Shown: piece after piece, positions 57,647 through 64,000 of the stretch
Position numbering within the stretch: position 1 is the stretch's first letter
How the letters are laid out: each line of letters starts with the position of its first letter
Assembly: GCA_011192175.1 (NCBI GenBank)
Contig: DUEJ01000001.1
Span: forward strand, 3,090-67,089
From: Thermoflexia bacterium
GTDB taxonomy: Bacteria; Chloroflexota; Anaerolineae; B4-G1; SLSP01
DNA length: 64,000 bases
Direction of reading: 5' to 3'
Program-made: the position numbers and the translations under genes
The notes under the pieces: model-generated
Told to the model about the DNA's origin: nothing
The model's database searches: none
The model's input: only the letters and a program-made list of their open reading frames with translations

Positions 57647-59215
57647 TTGGCAAAACCTCAAAATTGTGGCATACTCTCACGAGTGAATATCTTACGGATT
57701 ACGCCAAAGGAAGATCGTTATACGGTACGCGAGGCATTACGCCATACGCCCGCCAAGTTGGTTCTCATTCAGCTGCCCTGGGAAGTAGAAACGGGCTGGG
57801 ATTCGTTACTTGATTACGAAGTGCTGTTAAAAACCTGCCAAGAAAAACAACTGAGCTCGGCCTGGGTAGTGGCGGATTTTACCAAACGCGCTCTTCCCCG
57901 TGAGGCAGGATTCACCGTCTTTGTCAGCGTGGCGCAGGCCGAGACTTATCTGGCCGCACACGGTACTTTCCCCGTTCCCACACCACCAGCGCGCCCAGCG
58001 CGGCCGCAACGTCCCCCCTGGGCTGAGAAGCTAGAGCCGCGGGTGTTGCGCGGCCCGCGGCCGCGCTGGTTGCTCCCCATACAGCTTGGGATATTGCTGA
58101 TCGCGTTAGGCGCCATAGGAATGGTGGCTTTCCTGACGCTGCCCTCCGCGCAAATTAGCTTGGTGCCGCAACAAGCTACTTATGCCCTGATTGTGCCTAT
58201 CTCCGTCTCGGCAGAGATGGACCCCGGCACCGTGGATTTTCAACGCAATCTTATTCCGGGCCGGCGCGTGGGTGATGAGTTCGAGAGCTACGCCGAAGTG
58301 GGCACTACCGGACGGGGAGACACCGTCTCAGGAAGATCCACGGGGCAAGTCTTCTTCACCAATCAGTTGGGACAGAACTATCAAGTTCCCGCCGGGACGA
58401 TAGTCCGCACCTCCGCCGGCTCTTATCCGGTACGCTTCAAGACCACGGACCCCATTGACGTGCCGCCTTTTGGTCAAGCAGCGGTTTACGTCGAGGCGTT
58501 GGAGCAAGGCCCACGCGGGAATGTGGGAACCTACCAGATCAACTTTGTGGAAGGCGTGGTCGGCTTTGCCCTCAAAGTGACCAATCCCGATCCTATCACC
58601 GGCGCGGAGAGCCAGAAGACAGCGACTGTCTCGCAAGCGGATCAGGGCCGCGTCTGGGGCATCGCCGCCGAGCAGGTGCTGGCCGAGGCCAATAATGGGC
58701 TGCAAGCTGCGGCTTATCTGCAACCGGGCGAGTTTATCCCGCACCAGGACCTGATCATCCAGGCGACGCCCAAAGAAACCTACACCCACCTAGTGGGCGA
58801 GCAAACCGATGTATTAGGAGTGTCACTGCGCCTGCTAGTAACTGGATTGGCCGTCAACGCTACCGACGCCCAAAAAATCGCCTACCGCCGGCTCTCCACC
58901 CAACAACCCCCCGGCTATCGACTAACCGATACCCGCTTTGAGATCGGAGAATCCGCGGAAGAGGATGTGGGCGCTGGACGCTTCACCTTCTACGTTACCG
59001 CTCACGGCTATGCCACTGCGGAGATCAACCAGGATGTAGTTTGGGAAGCCATACAAGGGCAACGCGCCACAGACGCCCGCGCCACCTTGAGTGCATCTTT
59101 ACCGCTAGCTCAAGAACCGGAGATTGTTATTTCCCCGGAGTGGTTCCCTTTTATCCCTCGCCTCCTCATCCGCACCGCAATCACCATCAAGCCGGGTAAA
59201 TGGAGTGGCAAGTAA
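57647..59215 (+). CDS. hypothetical membrane-anchored protein with a large extracytoplasmic domain
   Basis: 522 aa with one TM segment (LLPIQLGILLIALGAIGMVAFL) after a roughly 150-aa cytoplasmic N-terminus. The Pro-rich linker is PTPPARPARPQRPP. No family is recognised. Confidence 0.45.
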   Translation: MAKPQNCGILSRVNILRITPKEDRYTVREALRHTPAKLVLIQLPWEVETGWDSLLDYEVLLKTCQEKQLSSAWVVADFTKRALPREAGFTVFVSVAQAETYLAAHGTFPVPTPPARPARPQRPPWAEKLEPRVLRGPRPRWLLPIQLGILLIALGAIGMVAFLTLPSAQISLVPQQATYALIVPISVSAEMDPGTVDFQRNLIPGRRVGDEFESYAEVGTTGRGDTVSGRSTGQVFFTNQLGQNYQVPAGTIVRTSAGSYPVRFKTTDPIDVPPFGQAAVYVEALEQGPRGNVGTYQINFVEGVVGFALKVTNPDPITGAESQKTATVSQADQGRVWGIAAEQVLAEANNGLQAAAYLQPGEFIPHQDLIIQATPKETYTHLVGEQTDVLGVSLRLLVTGLAVNATDAQKIAYRRLSTQQPPGYRLTDTRFEIGESAEEDVGAGRFTFYVTAHGYATAEINQDVVWEAIQGQRATDARATLSASLPLAQEPEIVISPEWFPFIPRLLIRTAITIKPGKWSGK

Positions 59216-59300
59216 CGATGATTTTATTAAAAAACCGTTACTTGTAACTCAGCCACCCTGCAAAATTCAAGAGTGGACGCAGATTTTAGAGCTTAATTTT

Positions 59301-59395
59301 GTATCATCTCAATATTTTGGGGGCTTGTAGCGCGCAATGGTATTCCGCCCGCCGGATTGTCAATCCGGGATACAACCGGCCCTAATCTTTTTCTT
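59301..59395. mobile_element. second, inverted and one-end-truncated copy of the 42641-42741 MITE
   Basis: The reverse complement matches the element core (gtatcatctcaatatttt...ccggattgtcaatccgg...ggccctaat) at roughly 95% identity. One TIR is missing. Confidence 0.7.
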
Positions 59396-59445
59396 AGCGG
59401 CTTAGCGACTTTACGGCAAGCCAACTTTTTTTGTGGAGAGTAAAG

Positions 59446-59868
59446 ATGCGTTATCTGGCTTTAGACTTAGGAGCTCGTCGCATTGGAATCGCTATCAGCG
59501 ATCCCACCGGGTTGCTGGCTCGCTCCCTGGAGGTAATGCAGCGGACTTCTCGCGCCGCCGACTTTGAGCATATTGGGGAGTTGATCCACCAATATCAGGT
59601 AGCCGCGCTAGTGGTGGGCTTACCTCTCAACATGAACGGCAGCGAAGGCTCACAAGCTGCCTGGGTGCGGAATTACAGTGCGGAGTTGCAAGCGACCGTT
59701 GAGTTGCCGCTTCATCTCTGGGACGAGCGTCTCACGACTGAAGAGGCCGCCGATATTTTACGCGCGCAAGGCAAACGCCCCCGCGAGCATAAGAATTGGA
59801 TCGATGCGGTGGCTGCATCAGTTATTTTACAGAGTTTCCTAGATGGAAATAAATTAGCCGTCTACTAA
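59446..59868 (+). CDS. ruvX: Holliday-junction resolvase-like YqgF/RuvX (pre-16S rRNA nuclease)
   Basis: MRYLALDLGARRIGIAISD N-terminus with the RNase H-like fold catalytic Asp. LVVGLPLNMNGSEG. 141 aa. RBS ggagag. Confidence 0.8.
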   Translation: MRYLALDLGARRIGIAISDPTGLLARSLEVMQRTSRAADFEHIGELIHQYQVAALVVGLPLNMNGSEGSQAAWVRNYSAELQATVELPLHLWDERLTTEEAADILRAQGKRPREHKNWIDAVAASVILQSFLDGNKLAVY

Positions 59869-60051
59869 AAGTTAACCCTTTAGGCTGAGGGTTCGCAGGG
59901 TCAAGCCATAATTAACCGCGAATGAACGCCCAGGCACATGAAAAAAATCAACAAGCAGCGTCATCTCTGTAATCTATACTGAAATTTACTTGTTTTGCTG
60001 CCTGCCATTCGCTGATTCGCCATTTACCATTTGTCATTTGAGGTGCATAGA

Positions 60052-61152
60052 GTGAAACGTTTAAATTTATCGTTGTTAATAGTTGCCCTTACCTTTGTGC
60101 TGTTAGCCTGCGCGGCTGAAGCTATTTACCTTAATTTTTACATCGAAAGCCAAGCTGAAGCGCTAGCCGCGCCCGCGGGGGATGATGACCGTACCATTGC
60201 CTTTACCGTGTCCGAGGGCGAGAGCGTCCACACCATCGCCAACCAGTTGCAAGGGCAGCGGTTAATTTCTGATGCAGAGCTTTTCCGCCGCTACGTCCAA
60301 TACAAAGAGCTGGACGCCGGTATCCAGGCGGGAATCTACAATCTCCGCCAGACGATGACCATCCCCGAGATTGCTAGAGCCTTGCAACACGCCGAGGCTG
60401 AAGAACAACACGTCACGTTGCCCGAGGGCAAGCGGATGGAAGAACTAGCCACCCTGATCTCTGAGCAAACCGGCATCACGCCGGATGCCTTCTTGCAACT
60501 GGCGCAAACCGGCTGGCGGCAGACGGATTTACCCGCCCAATATCCCCTTACTGGACAAATTCCGTTTACCGGAACGCTAGAAGGCTATCTCTTCCCGGAT
60601 ACTTACCGGCTTCCAATGGATGCCACGGCTTATGATTTAGTGGATCGCATGTTGGCTAACTTGACCCGTCAAGTGACGCCGGAGATTCAACAAGGGTTCA
60701 GCGACCAGGGTTTGACGGTCCACCAGGGGTTGACGCTGGCCTCTATCGTGGAGCGCGAGGCGGTTATTGCCGCAGAGCGCCCCATAATCGCCGGGGTGTA
60801 TTATAATCGGTTGCGTGATGGCTGGCCGCTCTCCGCTTGTCCCACCGTCCAATACGCGTTGGGCTACCGTCCAGAGGAGGGTGATTGGTGGAAGAGCCAA
60901 CTCTATTTCAGCGATCTGGAAATCGCCTCTCCTTATAACACCTACCGCCACCTAGGCTTGCCGCCCGCCCCCATCGCTAATCCTGGGAGCAGCGCCATCC
61001 AGGCCGCCGCCGCTCCCGCGCAGACCGATTACTACTTCTTCATGGTGGATTGCCAGGCGGGGAATGGCAGTCATGCTTTCGCCAGGACCGAGGCGGAGCA
61101 CCTGACGAACTTCGAGGCGTGCGGCGGGGTTTACAGCAGTCCGGAGCAGTAA
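60052..61152 (+). CDS. mltG: endolytic murein transglycosylase MltG (YceG-like)
   Basis: N-terminal TM anchor. The YceG domain carries the catalytic Glu region GYLFPDTY. GTG start with RBS gaggtg. Confidence 0.75.
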   Translation: MKRLNLSLLIVALTFVLLACAAEAIYLNFYIESQAEALAAPAGDDDRTIAFTVSEGESVHTIANQLQGQRLISDAELFRRYVQYKELDAGIQAGIYNLRQTMTIPEIARALQHAEAEEQHVTLPEGKRMEELATLISEQTGITPDAFLQLAQTGWRQTDLPAQYPLTGQIPFTGTLEGYLFPDTYRLPMDATAYDLVDRMLANLTRQVTPEIQQGFSDQGLTVHQGLTLASIVEREAVIAAERPIIAGVYYNRLRDGWPLSACPTVQYALGYRPEEGDWWKSQLYFSDLEIASPYNTYRHLGLPPAPIANPGSSAIQAAAAPAQTDYYFFMVDCQAGNGSHAFARTEAEHLTNFEACGGVYSSPEQ

Positions 61153-61158
61153 CCGAAA

Positions 61159-61596
61159 ATGGAGATTCCCATGAACGACCCAGACATCCGCTGGATGCAG
61201 CGATGCAAGCATTTCAACCAAGCCTTTGCGCAATTGAAAGCTGCCGTAGAGCTGGCTGAACAGCGGCCCCTCTCGAAACTCGAAGGACAAGGGTTGATTC
61301 AAGCCTTTGAATACACTCATGAGCTGGCCTGGAAAACCTTAAAAGATTTTCTTGAAAATCGCGGCGTTCAGAATATCTACGGGTCAAAAGATGCCACGCG
61401 GATTGCTTTCCGCACCGGCTTGATAAAAAACGGCGAAATATGGATGGACATGATTGTCAGCCGCAATCTAACCTCGCATACCTACAATGAAGCCACTGCC
61501 GCCCAGATCACCTCAGCCATTCTCGGTGCTTACTTTACAGAATTTGCCATGTTGCGCGCCAAGTTGGAAAGCCTGAGACAAGAGGAATCATCGTGA
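61159..61596 (+). CDS. HEPN-domain toxin, nucleotidyltransferase substrate-binding protein (HI0074 family)
   Basis: RX4-6H motif SRNLTSH. About 145 aa, helical. Overlaps the downstream MNT gene by 4 bp. Confidence 0.75.
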   Translation: MEIPMNDPDIRWMQRCKHFNQAFAQLKAAVELAEQRPLSKLEGQGLIQAFEYTHELAWKTLKDFLENRGVQNIYGSKDATRIAFRTGLIKNGEIWMDMIVSRNLTSHTYNEATAAQITSAILGAYFTEFAMLRAKLESLRQEESS

Positions 61597-61922
61597 GATA
61601 CGGCTTGAGAGAAACCGCCATCGAAAAAATTGGCGCTGTGCTAGCCTGCTACCCGCAAGTGGAAAAGGTAATCTTGTACGGCTCGCGCGCCAAAGGCAAC
61701 TACAAACACGGTTCCGATATTGACCTGACTCTTTGCGGCGGCGCAAGTTTGACGCTGGATGCTCTCTACAAAATCATGCACGAACTTGACGACTTACTCC
61801 TGCCGTACACCATTGATCTCTCCATTTTCAACGATATCGGCGACCCAGATCTAATTGAGCATATTCAGCGCGTGGGCGTTACTTTCTATACGCGCTTGAA
61901 CGGTTGCCATACGGCTTTCTAA
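61593..61922 (+). CDS. minimal nucleotidyltransferase (MNT) antitoxin partner
   Basis: GSRAKGNYKHGSDIDL (GS...DxD) polymerase-beta-type NTase motif. 109 aa. Confidence 0.75.
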   Translation: MRYGLRETAIEKIGAVLACYPQVEKVILYGSRAKGNYKHGSDIDLTLCGGASLTLDALYKIMHELDDLLLPYTIDLSIFNDIGDPDLIEHIQRVGVTFYTRLNGCHTAF

Positions 61923-62094
61923 TTGGTTAAAGGGCTTTCTATCAACCTACACTCATGCGCGTGCCAATCTGGCATCGCTTTGGGATAAAGTCGTCCTCAA
62001 CCGAGAGGTGGTAATCATCAAGCGGCGCGGAGTCTCTGATCGCAGCCGAAGAGTTGGAGGGGTTACGGGAGAGCGCTTACTTGCTAAGGTCGCC

Positions 62095-62230
62095 ACGGAA
62101 GTTGGCTCACCGCTAAGACGCCAAGTTGCTAAGAAAAATAAGTTGCTGAAGGTTAGGGCTTAAAATCTCCGTGCTCTTCGCGCCTCCGTGGTGAAATACT
62201 TAGTTTTTTCAGTAGACTCAACTTTTAACT
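62095..62230. repeat. dispersed composite intergenic repeat family (copy D)
   Basis: gctaagacgccaagttgctaagaaaaataag...aatctccgtgctcttcgcgcctccgtggtgaaat...ttttttcagtagactcaacttttaac. Confidence 0.7.
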
Positions 62231-63149
62231 TGCAACCTTTAACCCTCAACACCGTCACCTCCGGGCGGCAGTTAAACCGCACCGCCGGAGGAATCAGTCC
62301 CACGCCCCGGCTGACGTAGACTTGTGTCTGCGCGCCTTGCACCCATCCGCCAATGAACTTCTGTCCAAAGCATGAGGGAACCATTGGCGCGCCCACCAAC
62401 GGAATCCGCACTTGCCCGCCGTGGGTATGGCCGCAGAGCGCCAAATCCACGTGCGCGGGAGGCAGCATCTCCGTAAAGTCGGGGTTGTGAACCAAGAGCA
62501 CGCGCGGTTCTGAGAGCGGGATATCGGAGAGTAAATCACGGAGCGCAACGTGGGCGGATTGCCACTGGCGTTGAAAAGCGGCAAAGTCCCCGCTGCCACC
62601 CCAGCGTGACATGCTCGTGTAGCCACGATCCTCGATGCCCAATAGCCAGAGCGGCGCGCCGTTAATTTTCAAGCGTGCGCGGGCGTCGCGCAGCACCGTG
62701 ATGCCCGCACGTGCCAACTGCGCGGCGATAAAATCCGCATTAGTCCACACGTCATGGTTGCCCAGGACGGCGTAGCTGCCATAGCGCGGCTGGAGGGCCG
62801 CCAGCGCTTCCGCCGCCGCCCGGCTGTACTCCGCCTGGCCGGTGACGAAATCTCCGGTGAGCACCACCAGGTCTGGCGCGGCCGCATTGACCAGGGACAC
62901 CGCCCGTTGGAGCAGTTCTACCGCGACCGAGGCTCCTAGATGAATATCGGAGAGTTGCGCGATGGTCAAGCCGGCCAACGCCGGCGGCAGGGCGGGGAGG
63001 GTAACGGTGAGGCGCTCCAACTCGAGCCAGCCCGGCTCCAGCCGCGTTATATAGAACGGCGCTAGCACCGAGAATAGCGCGCCACCGGCTATCATCCGCA
63101 AAAAATGCCGCCGCGAGATAGTTGCTTTAGACGGTGAATCTCCAGGCAT
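62160..63149 (-). CDS. Tat-secreted calcineurin-like metallophosphoesterase
   Basis: Twin-arginine signal SRRHFLRMIAGGALF. Metallophosphatase motifs DIHLG, GDFV, GNHD and GHTHGG. Confidence 0.75.
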   Translation of the reverse strand: MPGDSPSKATISRRHFLRMIAGGALFSVLAPFYITRLEPGWLELERLTVTLPALPPALAGLTIAQLSDIHLGASVAVELLQRAVSLVNAAAPDLVVLTGDFVTGQAEYSRAAAEALAALQPRYGSYAVLGNHDVWTNADFIAAQLARAGITVLRDARARLKINGAPLWLLGIEDRGYTSMSRWGGSGDFAAFQRQWQSAHVALRDLLSDIPLSEPRVLLVHNPDFTEMLPPAHVDLALCGHTHGGQVRIPLVGAPMVPSCFGQKFIGGWVQGAQTQVYVSRGVGLIPPAVRFNCRPEVTVLRVKGCKLKVESTEKTKYFTTEARRARRF

Positions 63150-63153
63150 GGCC

Positions 63154-64000
63154 TTACTCGCCGGGGGTGGGCGTCGGAGTAGGCCCTGGTGTCGGAGTAG
63201 CGCGCCAATGGGCGGTTCCCGTCCCGGTGCAAGGATCGTAATCCCAACCTAACGTGACGCGGAAATCAACCGGACTTTCCTCCGACGGTGTGCTCACCAC
63301 ATCACTCGACTGGCGTTTGTAGAGACTGAGCAACTTCCAGAGCGGTGAGCCTTTGGTAGTGGTGGTGAAGTCGGTGATGGTGGTGCGTGCTTCCCCGGAG
63401 ACATCTTTGACTTCTGCCACCTCAAATCCCTCCAAGCGCAGCCGGTAAGCCGCGACCTCGCCCCAACTACTGTTGCCGGTGCCGTTCCACACCGCGACGC
63501 GATGCGCGCGTTGGGTAGCCCGACTGGTGACCGGCGGTTGCGCCGCTTCCAACATGAAATTGTACAACGCTTCGTAACGCGGCACCAACACTGATCCGCC
63601 ATTGGGCGCAGTCCAGGATTCCAAGAGTGTACTGCCGCGAATAAAACGGCTCTTCAGGTTACGCATATCAAAACGGGCCGCCACCGCACCCAGATAGATC
63701 ACATCTGTCAACCCCAAGTCGGTTTCGGTATTCTCTTGGTAGAGGTCCCAGAATTCAGGGATGCGCGGAAGCAGATTTTGCCCCAGGGCTTGCCGGAGAA
63801 CGGCCTGCACTACCTGCTGTTGGCGACGATGGCGGTCGAAATCAGAGGTGCTCCAGCGCGAACGGACGTACCAGAGCGCGTGTTTGCCATCCAGATGATG
63901 GAGTCCTGGATTTAGGTCGATATCGCTCTGCCCACTCGCCGCCTCTGGATCGGGATAGGTATCGTGAAAAGGACATTCGACGATGATGTCCACCCCCTCC
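63154..64000 (-). CDS. LCP-family protein (C-terminal part; the N-terminus lies beyond the window end)
   Basis: A paralogue of 34918-36285 (KHALWYVRSR...DFDRHRRQQQVVQAVL versus KYARTRH...DFDRARRQQQVILAIL). LytR_C-like tail ending in a Pro/Thr-rich stretch. Confidence 0.65.
   Translation of the reverse strand, partial: EGVDIIVECPFHDTYPDPEAASGQSDIDLNPGLHHLDGKHALWYVRSRWSTSDFDRHRRQQQVVQAVLRQALGQNLLPRIPEFWDLYQENTETDLGLTDVIYLGAVAARFDMRNLKSRFIRGSTLLESWTAPNGGSVLVPRYEALYNFMLEAAQPPVTSRATQRAHRVAVWNGTGNSSWGEVAAYRLRLEGFEVAEVKDVSGEARTTITDFTTTTKGSPLWKLLSLYKRQSSDVVSTPSEESPVDFRVTLGWDYDPCTGTGTAHWRATPTPGPTPTPTPGE

Overview
A 64 kb stretch of a high-GC (about 58-60%) bacterial chromosome with AT-richer intergenic spacers. 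The gene content has a Chloroflexota-like flavour, but that placement is a guess. Housekeeping blocks: (1) moaA-moaC; (2) a PiT phosphate transporter with a DUF47 partner; (3) a tRNA-Thr/Tyr/Thr-rpmG-tRNA-Trp-secE-nusG-rplKAJL block followed by an autoregulated lexA; (4) gyrB, plsY, a ThiF/MoeB-like gene, prfA with tRNA-Met/Gly, ruvX and mltG. Envelope genes include two LCP proteins, a giant O-antigen-ligase-TPR protein, a WecA/TagO-like transferase and a GT39 glycosyltransferase. Unusual content: (1) a minus-strand signalling supercluster at 12.3-21.4 kb: a 1700-aa multi-domain sensor kinase, a REC-adenylate cyclase, a threonine-synthase-like PLP enzyme fused to two receiver domains, and an orphan REC. 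(2) A roughly 2 kb lower-GC islet at 50.6-52.7 kb carrying an ABC-like AAA ATPase plus a TOPRIM-like partner that is frameshifted at a poly-G tract. The islet is bracketed by CTCGC-type tandem repeat arrays; it is a candidate two-gene OLD/PARIS-like defence module. (3) A HexNAc-salvage-like operon (NahK-like kinase, NTP_transferase, GalE) bracketed by two copies of a 55-bp double-hairpin repeat. (4) A 101-bp MITE with perfect 12-bp TIRs and an 8-bp TSD, plus a truncated inverted second copy. (5) A large dispersed composite intergenic repeat family with at least eight copies. (6) A HEPN/MNT toxin-antitoxin pair, a DsbA-cyclophilin fusion lipoprotein and an alpha/beta-hydrolase-cNMP-binding fusion.
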